From Fimbriosthenelais zetlandica (Eukaryota): a stretch of DNA of 64,000 bases. Location: NCBI GenBank assembly GCA_977030845.1, contig OZ365116.1:2294001-2358000 (forward strand), written 5' to 3'. The notes beneath the pieces were generated by a model that ran no database searches, had not been told where the DNA came from, and saw nothing but the letters and a program-made list of their open reading frames with translations. Of this stretch, positions 39,736 through 49,614 are shown in pieces. Both the position numbers and the translations under genes were made by a program. Position 1 is the stretch's first letter. Each line of letters opens with the position of its first letter.

Positions 39736-41449
39736 AACTGCCCCTGCCCCTAAAGGCTCTTATCCAAAATATCAAATGTTAGTTTACCTTCCAGAAAATA
39801 AATCCCCTGGTGTTGGAACAAGGCGAACACACAGGCACTCTGATAATGCAATTCCACAAGTTGCTTCTTATTCTCATAAACCACAATGTCTCAGGTCTCC
39901 AACACGGCTTGTATCTTCCCCTGACAGCTGATTCTGGTCCTCTTTGCTATCCTTTTGGGGGATTAACTGTGTACCTGGGTCTATATAGCAGTATGCGAGT
40001 TGTCTGAATGACATCAACAGAAACTGTGACAGTGTGGGAATCCCCACTCAGTTTCAGCTGCGGATTTTGAAATTTCTAGCCGTCTGTATCTTGACCATCT
40101 AGAATGTCGATCTCTCTCGTATATAACATAATATAGCCACCAAATTTTAACAGAGTTAAGTTCTCATACCAGGCTACAGATAAGGCCGCACCTAAAGCAA
40201 ACACAACACTTACATATCCTTATTATCTAATTGTTGTGATCTTTTTAAACGAGTGTCTGCTATACATGTATATAGAATTGCTGATTCACATATATAAAAC
40301 ATGTATCGTGAAACAAGACCTGGGAGACCTAGAAATGCAATGATCAAACAAGAGCTTAATCTCAACAACATTTATTTTCATGTGGGCAAAGTTCAGTTGT
40401 TTGTTTTGATTTAAGGTCCGAGTTAATAGGCCTGACTATGTTTATAATAGCGTGTGAAGCAGTGAGATGATCGCTGGATCTGGTATAACCTACTTGCATT
40501 GATTTTGATATGGAGGAGACGATACACCTTGATATCATATAGTCAACATACCAAAGGATCCGATATACTTGGTATTTTTTATACCGAGTTTTATACAAAA
40601 AATCATATAACAGAACATAGCAGGAATGTACGTGTGGGTTTTTTTTTGTATTTAGGATATTTATACAGCGAACAAAGGGGTCGTAGGCTCACGGGGCACA
40701 ATGAATGTGGCTATAGTCCATGGTATTCTGCCTATTGCTGTTTTCTAGGTGCAGACTAGAGAGGGAGGTGCTTTGAGTGGGTTAGGAGAAAGGTTGATGT
40801 TAGAATTAAAGCTTAAAGTTTTGAGTAGTGATGGATTATGGGTTAATGGTAATGGTTTGTGGGTGATTATGAGTGTATGTGAGATGGGGATGGGAATATG
40901 ATTGAGGGTTGAAGATGAATAGAGGGGTGCATAAACAGCACAGACATTGACCATGGATTGGTGAGGCTTGCCAACACTAGGGGGCCTCAGTGTCCTGTGG
41001 GGGTGCAGCTGCTGTAGACTACATCAGTCTTTATACATCTATTTAATATTAGAATATAAATAGTCATTATCACTATAAAATGTAGGCCTACATATAAATA
41101 TCACTATAGAATAAATAGCACTATAGAATATACATATAAATAGTAATTTTCAAGATAGATAAAATAGTTCAACAAGAGAGTTCGATCCCGATGTGGAAGT
41201 GTTCACAGAAAACTCATCTGGATAAGCACCTGACGTCAGCTGGTATAGGACTTCATCTTATCCTAGTTATATATCGACCAGTCTCTAGTTAAATGATGTC
41301 ACCTTACGTTATCTTAAGAAATAACGTTCAATCAATGCAGTGATGTGTGCAATCTCCGTGTCAGTATAGGTCCATATAGGCAAAATACAAATGACCATTA
41401 CACATAAAAGAACAATTTCTGAAGAAGGTGTATAAGAAAATAATGAATT

Positions 41450-44400
41450 TTAGCTATATTTGGTGAGTATAATAGGACCAGTGGAGACTGTCTGACAGCT
41501 AACATCAGCAGTCCTCGACCCCCCACTCCCCGGACCATGTGTTGACTGACCACTACTCCGTAACAACCGATCAAAATCACTCCCCCCATCACAACCACCA
41601 CCTACTGGTCTAGCAAGCTTTGAACTGTACAGTCTTAGACTTTTCCTAAAGACATGTGGACCTTCCATAGGCCACACAAGTAAGGCACATAAGTAAGGCA
41701 CATATCTCCAATTATCAACAAGAAACCAATGAGGTACGGCGATGTAACTCACTTGACTTTTGACTTTTAACTTGTAGTCAAGATGGCAGGTACGACCTGG
41801 TTCAACAGGTATATAGACAGACATATCAGTGAAATAGACCAACCCACCATGTCCTCTGATATATCCATGATACCTATCATCTGGTAGTGGGTTGATCCTT
41901 GTCACCTCCCCGACCAGCGGATCAGACTTCAGGCACACAGTCTCTGAGCTCACAGTAAAGATGTTGTACTTGTTCAGTAAGATTTTGAGCTCAGACTCAG
42001 TTCGGAGAAACTGGCGACTTTTCGGTTGCTGTACATGTAATTGTTCCAGAATCATCCGTAGAGATGTTTCCTCATTCTGATGTAGGGAGAACGCTACATG
42101 TGCCAGAGTAGCATGCTCATCTTCAGGCTCAAATGTACCAGTATCCACTGAAGGACTTGATGTAGTGACCTGAGATTGCTCAACTTGATGAACTTGATGA
42201 GGTCCTACTCCCTCCCGTTCAGTGCCTGTAGACATTTCCCCTGTAAGCACTGAAGGGCTTGATGTATTGATCTGAGGTTGCTGAACTTGATCAGGATCTA
42301 TTCCCTCCTGTTCAGTTTGCGTAGATAGTTCCCCTGTAAGCACTGAATTACGTGATGTAGATACCTGAGGTTGTTCTACTTGATGACTTTGATCAGGAAC
42401 TACTCCCTCCTGTTCAGTTTGCGTAGACATTTCCGCTGTAAGCTCTGAAGGGCTTGATGAAGTGACCTGAGATTGCTCAACTTGCTGAACTTGATGAGGT
42501 CCTACTCCCTCCCGTTCAGTTTGTGTAGACATTTCCCCTGTAAGCACTGAAGGGTTTGATGTATTGATCTGAGAGAGTTCTTGTAGCTTGGCTTGCTGAG
42601 CTAGATCAGGTCCTTCCTGTTCAGTTTGTGTAGACATTTCCTCTGTAAGCACTGAAGGATTTGATGTAGAGACCTGAGTTTTCTCTTGTAGCTTGGCTTG
42701 TTCAGCTTGATCAGGTCCCTCCTGTTCAGTTTGTGTAGACATTTCCCCTGTAAACACTGAAGGACTTGATGTAGTGACCTGAGTTTTCTCTTGTAGCTTG
42801 GCTTGCTGATCTTGATCAGGCTCAGTTTGTGTAGAACCTGTCCTTGTATCTCTCTGTGTATCATGAGTACACTGTAATGAGTAGGTGAGTAGCTGATGAT
42901 CGTACTCACTCATCCACGCTAACAGAGGGCGCCACTGGTCCTCCTCACTTCCTGTCACATGACGCTTCACCAACAAACACGTGACATGATCCCCCACATT
43001 GAGCACATTGATCATCTGACCCTTGGCTATATCCCTGCTGACCCTCACTCTGTCAGCTTTATCATAATAATACATCATCTTCCTACACAACATCAGACGT
43101 CCATAGCTGACACTGTCAATAGTGGCTGAATTCTTTGTCACAAACATGATCCGACCACTTGTACTCGTCCATTCAGAACAAATCGCTCTGTTCCCGGTCG
43201 TTTCCAGGCTATTGCCATCGTCAGTGAGTTGAAGCAGTAAGGGGTGTAAGCCTATATAGGCTTTACACATTGAAAGATTCGCTAAAGTCTGATTCAACAC
43301 TCGGGGAATGGCAGGGCTATTGGCCAGTGAATGTCTACTAACTGACAGCTGAGTGACAAGCTTTATCATTATCTTTGTGAGTAGGTAGAGGTCTGCTACT
43401 TCATTCAGAGTACATGTATTTGCCACTAGCGTTTCGGTTTTATATGATACAGGTTCTGTAGTGATCATATCATGTTCTAGAGCGCTATAAAAAGTGAGAG
43501 TGCTTGATGGACTGGATCCTCTGCTTGTTGAACCGCACATTTCATCTGAACATAATCCTTCTGATGCTATCATTGCTAGTTCCACCAAAGATGGTACTTT
43601 CTGATCAGTGTCAACTTCAATGTCATCATTGGTATCCAATCTCTGATCGCTGTGGGAAGTTGCCAAGCCAATAACGGCATTCTCTGATATTTCAGAGTTT
43701 GGAATACTGCTTACTTTAGGAGCATCCAACTCTGTATTTCCAGAAGGTGTTTTTTCATCCTTCACTGACCTTTCAATTAGAACTACCACAGCTCTACTCT
43801 TACTGGAGGTACAGTTGCCCACTTTTGGTAAACTGGAGATGGGCAAGTCGATATATTCAACTGAAGTGCCTACAGTCAGGACTGAAGGGTCCAGATCTTC
43901 CAACCCAAAGAAAACCTCAGTAGAAATATCTGACTTGATGAACCCATGATGTTTAAAAAGCATGGAGACAGTACCTCTCTTTTTTGTCGCAGCAAGGTAT
44001 ACTTTGTCATTTTGCACAGTAAATATATCCTTGTATAGTGTGACGAATGCTTGTACATCTGATGAAGACTCTATGAGGCCTCCTGAGATACTGGAGGGAC
44101 TCTCAATGAATCGCTGGTATATGTCCTTCACTGACATTGACTTGGTTTCCAGAAGGAGGAGTGAGAAGTACTTGAGAATGTTGACGTGAGCTAGTGTAAG
44201 GTCTGTCTCTAGTATGGTCTCCTTCCAGGGGTAGGTAGATATACGTATGTCTGGAGGACATATACCCTCCTCATATTTACCAGGAATTGAACCCTCCTCA
44301 TATTTACCAGGTTCCTGATGTACATTTGTATGTGTAAAAGTCCTTGATGACGAAGGTTTACAAACCAACAAACCTGTCTGCTTTTTTAGCTTGATTCCTA

Positions 44401-46135
44401 GAACTGTTTTCATCTGTGTTCTAGAAGTTGCTTTAATCTGCAGATTTTGTTGCGTGACCTTCTTGTCATAAATGATTTGGAATTTATCTCTTTTGTTTAA
44501 GAGGACCTTTATGATGCCTTCAGTACCAATGGCTTTAGCCAAGAGTTTCACCATTCCTGGTGAGTGCTGTATGTAACTGTGGATGTTTTGAACTTTAATA
44601 ATTGTTCTTTTGGCATCAAATTTCCCAGCGAAGAATTCACATGCCTCCTCTTTTGCCATAGCCACTGAACATACTAGGTTATCATCCAAACCAAATATTT
44701 CAGGATAGGCTTTTAAGAATTTAACTAAATTCCGTTTTCCAAGAAATTCTCTTATTGGTGTTGGTGCAGTGATTAATTTTCCTGTCAGGATTGGCAGGGA
44801 AATGATTTTGTCCGCTTCGATGTGTTTAATTAGAAACTCAATGGACAGATTCTCAATGGGAGGAGTGTCATTGCTAGTGACTTGATGCGTGGGATTGTTT
44901 TCCTTCTCCTCTACATCTCTCTCATGAATGTCACCAGGTTTGTCTGTGAGAGTTCTGTTACATGCCGCAGCTTCTGTTGTAACTGAGCTAATATCATCCT
45001 CAGTGTTGGCCGTTTCTGTCGTTTCCTGAAGACATTTTTTTTCTTCCTGTAGTTGTGAAGTAACCAAACCTTCTCTTGTAATTGCAAAGAGGCGAGGATG
45101 GTCACTAACAAACTGTACAGTACCCTTTGACTTGATGTATTTCTGAACGGGTGAAGGAGCATTGTTTAGCTCTTCATAAATCATATCAGTAGTTGTAGCG
45201 TCTTGGAGAATGTCCAGGACAAAGCAGACAGAATCTAGGATAACATTCCCACTGTTCCCAACCAAGCCTGAAGTTTGGTGAAGGCCATTACATAGAGTCA
45301 AAACTGATGAATACATCTCTTCAGAAACCAACCTGTATGGTTGTATCAAGCTGAAGAGTTCCTCCGTCAAAACATAGTCCGTCCCCTCTAATGTGGCTCT
45401 CACAAAGAGTTTAAATAGAAGGTCTCTTCTTATTGAGGTTAAAGACAACGAAATCTGGTCATCTGAATATTCATTAAAGAATTCTTGGATAATTATATTT
45501 ATTACGTCCCGAACGACTTGAGAGTCAGTCAGAGTAATCAAGGCTAGTTTATCAAGTACATACTCAGTGTGTAGGATAATTGTGTCAGTTTCTGACTCAA
45601 TTCCGTCATCTGCCATCGCTTCAAGAATGACTCTGTACATATGAAGGAGGATGGTACACGGTTGGTCAGCCAAGCCTGATGGTTGCGGTAACTTCTCCAC
45701 AAAGTGCCTCACCGTGAGATCCACTGCACCATTTGTATCAATGTAAAATATTTGTGGCCATTTTTTGAGGAATGTTGTAATCCTTCCAATGTTCTTGCTT
45801 GGTGGGCCCAGGACTTCATTGTCAGTTTCTGTGAGGTACTCTGTGAACTTGTCCACCTGGATAGTTCCATGTTTAGCGAGGACTCTGACAAAAACTCCAA
45901 TGGCGGAGTCATGAAATTCCTCATCTTGATTGACTAATGAGATCTGCCCAGCTCTAGTCACATGGAAGACACTGGGGTGTCTCTGTAGGAATCGTAGTAA
46001 CCCTGACTCATTCCTGCCCGCTTTACACCGTGATTCCTGGTCTAACTGAGACAAGTACCCAGCTAGATTCCTCACCAACACCGGCCCACGATCCACCAGC
46101 TTTTCCCGGAGGAAGGAAATGATTTTCTCCTCCAT
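41450..46135 (-). CDS. 1561-aa multidomain protein: Egalitarian-like winged-helix repeats + cold-shock/OB-like domains + TQT repeat region; single coding exon
   Basis: 4686-nt uninterrupted ORF; acceptor ctttttaatcttcAG 10 nt before the ATG. A repeated approx. 65-aa motif ends in FLxxHPxxFxV (aa ~1-68, 75-142, 298-360, 428-490, 495-560, 648-715, 912-978, 1340-1402). Beta-rich G-x-V/I...GF/YI...VFF/VYF segments occur at aa ~716-788, 988-1075 and 1405-1490. STQTE repeats span aa 1100-1305. Confidence 0.9.
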   Translation of the reverse strand: MEEKIISFLREKLVDRGPVLVRNLAGYLSQLDQESRCKAGRNESGLLRFLQRHPSVFHVTRAGQISLVNQDEEFHDSAIGVFVRVLAKHGTIQVDKFTEYLTETDNEVLGPPSKNIGRITTFLKKWPQIFYIDTNGAVDLTVRHFVEKLPQPSGLADQPCTILLHMYRVILEAMADDGIESETDTIILHTEYVLDKLALITLTDSQVVRDVINIIIQEFFNEYSDDQISLSLTSIRRDLLFKLFVRATLEGTDYVLTEELFSLIQPYRLVSEEMYSSVLTLCNGLHQTSGLVGNSGNVILDSVCFVLDILQDATTTDMIYEELNNAPSPVQKYIKSKGTVQFVSDHPRLFAITREGLVTSQLQEEKKCLQETTETANTEDDISSVTTEAAACNRTLTDKPGDIHERDVEEKENNPTHQVTSNDTPPIENLSIEFLIKHIEADKIISLPILTGKLITAPTPIREFLGKRNLVKFLKAYPEIFGLDDNLVCSVAMAKEEACEFFAGKFDAKRTIIKVQNIHSYIQHSPGMVKLLAKAIGTEGIIKVLLNKRDKFQIIYDKKVTQQNLQIKATSRTQMKTVLGIKLKKQTGLLVCKPSSSRTFTHTNVHQEPGKYEEGSIPGKYEEGICPPDIRISTYPWKETILETDLTLAHVNILKYFSLLLLETKSMSVKDIYQRFIESPSSISGGLIESSSDVQAFVTLYKDIFTVQNDKVYLAATKKRGTVSMLFKHHGFIKSDISTEVFFGLEDLDPSVLTVGTSVEYIDLPISSLPKVGNCTSSKSRAVVVLIERSVKDEKTPSGNTELDAPKVSSIPNSEISENAVIGLATSHSDQRLDTNDDIEVDTDQKVPSLVELAMIASEGLCSDEMCGSTSRGSSPSSTLTFYSALEHDMITTEPVSYKTETLVANTCTLNEVADLYLLTKIMIKLVTQLSVSRHSLANSPAIPRVLNQTLANLSMCKAYIGLHPLLLQLTDDGNSLETTGNRAICSEWTSTSGRIMFVTKNSATIDSVSYGRLMLCRKMMYYYDKADRVRVSRDIAKGQMINVLNVGDHVTCLLVKRHVTGSEEDQWRPLLAWMSEYDHQLLTYSLQCTHDTQRDTRTGSTQTEPDQDQQAKLQEKTQVTTSSPSVFTGEMSTQTEQEGPDQAEQAKLQEKTQVSTSNPSVLTEEMSTQTEQEGPDLAQQAKLQELSQINTSNPSVLTGEMSTQTEREGVGPHQVQQVEQSQVTSSSPSELTAEMSTQTEQEGVVPDQSHQVEQPQVSTSRNSVLTGELSTQTEQEGIDPDQVQQPQINTSSPSVLTGEMSTGTEREGVGPHQVHQVEQSQVTTSSPSVDTGTFEPEDEHATLAHVAFSLHQNEETSLRMILEQLHVQQPKSRQFLRTESELKILLNKYNIFTVSSETVCLKSDPLVGEVTRINPLPDDRYHGYIRGHGGLVYFTDMSVYIPVEPGRTCHLDYKLKVKSQVSYIAVPHWFLVDNWRYVPYLCALLVWPMEGPHVFRKSLRLYSSKLARPVGGGCDGGSDFDRLLRSSGQSTHGPGSGGSRTADVSCQTVSTGPIILTKYS

Positions 46136-47744
46136 TCTCTTGATTCTGAAGATTAAAAAGAGAATATTATGGACATTATATAGTGGTGTCTTTCTTAATG
46201 ATATTCTTCAATACATCAACACACCCACCTGCTTTAACAGCTATAGACCTACTTGAAGGAGATCCGTCCGTTTAACTAGATCCGAAACCACCAGACATAT
46301 GTACTGTGGTTTCGGATCAACTTAGAGTGAACAGACTAGCTAATATATGAGAGCTGATTCAGGTGTTTTAGTCTTATCAAACAATAGAACTGATATACCT
46401 AATCTATAATATTGACCCTGCATGTGGCTGACTCAACATATGACCTATCAATTAGTGATAGTTAGATAATACAAAGTCACAGTGCGCGTCAGTGCTTTTT
46501 TTCCTCCAATTCAAATTTAGGTCATTTAGGCCAAAATCTGGGCCATTGGTTAAACGAAAATGTTAATAGTCACCGCTTTTGGCCAGGTCACTGATTTAAA
46601 ACATCCTTTTAACCAATAGGCTTTAGGTATAATATTAATTGATAGGCGCTGTGTTTCAGCAAGGGAACCAGTTGTGGTGTCAGGAGGTTTCTTTGACCCT
46701 GGTACATCCCCCCGCCACTAGGTGGAGGCCGGGAGGCGGCGCCACACTCGATGTTTCACTTGTTTTTTCAGCTGATATGAAAAGTAATCCATAACAGGTC
46801 TATATAGTTCCGTGGTGGCTATAATATAATATAAGATATAGCAGTGGAGGGCGCTGATTTTGGAAAATGGGTGGGAGGGTCAGAGTGGGGCGTCCTGACT
46901 TTATGACACAAGAGAATAGTCTCGTTACCTCCTCTCTGGATCCCCCTATGGTTGACGTATAGCTTCCTTTTCCCCAGTAGGCCGCATTATGACGGTATCA
47001 GTATGTAGGCTCGTACACACCTTATCTCTCTACACTATCTCAGGTGTTTATACTATGTCCACTAATCTATTAGTCAGGTAACAGCAATGTATGACAAGCT
47101 TCTCATATCACTCAGATTGACATGAGGATCTATGATGAAGAATTTCTTCATAATTACACAATGATATCTTGTTTATAGATTGTTTTCATGGTTTATAAAA
47201 TGTTTACCACTTAATGAATGGGTCTGAGGGACCTGAAGTCCAGAGAATCCTACTTTACGGACAGAAACAACGTGACCACTTCTGACCAATCCCCTATAGC
47301 TGGTGGTCAATAATAGGGATGTTTGGATTATAATTTTTTTTTTTAGATATTCCTAAGTGAATGAACTGATAAGTAGCACTAGTAAGGACTAAAGCACTAA
47401 ATCTATAATAGCTAAGTTTATTTGGAATTGACAGAAATAAGTGTGTTGATTACCGGTGCATTTATTGGTGATTAATTTCCGGGTCTCATTATATCTTCTC
47501 CTAATCTGGCCATCTTGATGAGCTGGCGGTCCTTGATAAGACCGTGTATGTAAACATTGACCAAGTATCCGTGTGTCTATCTTATCATAACATGATCCTT
47601 GTATACAGTCAACACTTATAGACACTTGTACATAATGCATTCTCAACAATCTTACAGAGAATTAATTTAACTTAAGTTGTTTTTGGAAGGGAAGCAGGAT
47701 GAGATATGGAATAAAGAGAGAAAGATGGGGTGGGAGGGAGATAT

Positions 47745-48025
47745 GAGGAGGGGCGGGGGAGGGAGATGGGAGGAGGGGCGGGGGAGGGAGAGGGGGGAGG
47801 GGGGAGCGGCCGGGGAGAGCATATATAAAGCTAGGGGATTGTGAGAGAGTTAGCTGACCTCACACTCACCCATGGTTCACCGAGGTTCCAGACTCCTCCC
47901 TATAACCAACCACAGCCACCATCAGATCCTACTGTATCAAATTTAACTCACATTCACTGAGTCACTCACTCACACGAGGTGCTCTCTACCTCCCACTCCA
48001 CTACCACACTCTAACATTACACAAG
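47745..48025 (+). promoter_or_regulatory. TATA promoter with GC boxes and non-coding first exon, probably of the GPCR
   Basis: GGGGCGGGG boxes at about 47750 and 47775; TATATAAAG at 47822-47830; CAAG|GTAAGA donor at 48025/48026. The link to the 52727 acceptor is inferred. Confidence 0.55.
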
Positions 48026-48083
48026 GTAAGACAACTAATATAGAGTTTTGAATTGTTCATAGTTCTATTTGACTCTTCTTCTA

Positions 48084-48205
48084 GATGTTTTGAACTTTAA
48101 TAACTGTTCTTTTGGCATCAAATTTCCCAACGAAGAATTCACATACCTCCTCTTTTGCCATAGCCATTGAAAATACTATGTTACCATCCGAACCAAATAT
48201 TTCAG
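48084..48205 (-). pseudogene. 122-bp duplicated fragment of the winged-helix gene (copy of 44582-44703)
   Basis: Ungapped alignment with 8 mismatches in 122 nt, same orientation; translates EIFGSDGNIVFSMAMAKEEVCEFFVGKFDAKRTVIKVQNI. Confidence 0.9.
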
Positions 48206-48734
48206 TTTTATTTTATGAAATGAGGTGCATTTAAGTGGTGGGTGGGGAAGGGAGGAGGGGGTAAAGGCACTATAGGTATTACCAGAGAGGTTGTTACCTA
48301 AGGGGTCCATAGTCTCTTTGGTATTACCATGTAGAGAATCTGCTTCAGTCTATAGTATATTACCAATATAACGTAAGCTTCCCCATACAGTAGAAACCAG
48401 CTGATATATAGGTCTGAACTGCATAGATGTGTATGCACAGAAACTGGAATTGCTTACTTATAAGATATTAACTTAAATATAAAGTTATTTAAAGGCATGT
48501 CTGAGGACATGGACAATACTGAACGGTTTGATGAATACTATCATAATATGTCACTCAGCATGAACCACTTCCTGCTTACTGAGACATATTTATTACAAAT
48601 ATATTGCGTAATCTATTTGTTGTTTAATATCTGAAATTAGTTGGACATGAGCATCAGAGAATGAAGAAATTTAGTGCATCAGAGAATGAACAGATTTGGT
48701 GGATTAGATAATGAACAGATTTGGCAAGTTTGAA

Positions 48735-48955
48735 GGCGATTTTTGATGGTGTATTATGATTGGTTTGTTGAGTAATATTTAGCTGTGTGAGGTGATTTTT
48801 GATGGTCTATAATGACTGGTTTGTAATATTTAGCTGTGTGAGGTGATTTTTGATGGTGGATAATGTTTTTTATTGAGTAATATTTAGCTGTGTGAGGTGA
48901 TTTTTGATGGTCTATAATGACTGGTTTGTAATATTTCGCTGAGTGAGGTGAGGCG
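48735..48955. repeat. Diverged tandem repeat
   Basis: TAATATTTAGCTGTGTGAGGTGATTTTTGATGG units. Confidence 0.75.
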
Positions 48956-49077
48956 TATAATGAGCATGTCTCTATCAGTATGTCACTATGAGCAGCAGTC
49001 ATGATAAGGTCAGCCTCGTGTTCTCTCATCTTCATCATGTATCTATATGTGGATCATGTGGTTTACATGGACAAATA

Positions 49078-49614
49078 CAGTCAGGTCTCACTTAAACACC
49101 ATCCCCTTATTATAGAACCACTATCTTCACTGACTACTAAACATTTGATTATGTCCATTTAGTGCAGTCAGAATGATGTGTTCAAATACATACAAATTTA
49201 AGACATACTCGCTAAAGTGACCATCTCACAATGTGACCACTAAAATCAAATGTTTTGACACCACTCGATGAAGCGACCATCTCACTATTGACCACTAAAT
49301 GGTCAAATGTAAATGTGCAAACACCACTAAGACATGATTGCTGAAGCGACCATCTCACTATGTGACCACTAAATGTTCAGAACCAAATGTTTTAACACCA
49401 CTAAGACATACTCACTAAAGCGACCATCTCATTATGTGACCACTAAATGGTCAAATGTAAATGTGCAAACACCACTAAGACATACTCACTAATGTGACCA
49501 TCTCACTATGTGACCACTAAATGATCAGAGAAAGGTCCTATTCAGTCTAAAACGACCATCTCACTACACAACCAGCTTCATCCAAATGACGGTCGCATTA
49601 GTGAGTCCCCACTG
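49078..49614. mobile_element. Tc1/mariner-type (TA TSD) MITE with internal approx. 70-75-bp tandem units
   Basis: TA|CAGTCAGGTCTCACTT...GGTCGCATTAGTGAGTCCCCACTG|TA; internal repeats CTAAAGCGACCATCTCACTATGTGACCACTAAAT. Confidence 0.7.

Noticed and set aside
41420-41550. Cryptic intron removing the C-terminal tail (GTCAGT donor, cttcttcAG acceptor)
   Set aside because: The tail is conserved in frame in the paralog and contains a DVSCQT motif, and the paralog lacks the acceptor, so read-through to the TAA is more parsimonious.
41450-46135. True egalitarian/EXD1 ortholog
   Set aside because: No DEDD 3'-5' exonuclease domain is recognisable; only the winged-helix repeats and LC8 motifs are shared, so no gene symbol was assigned.
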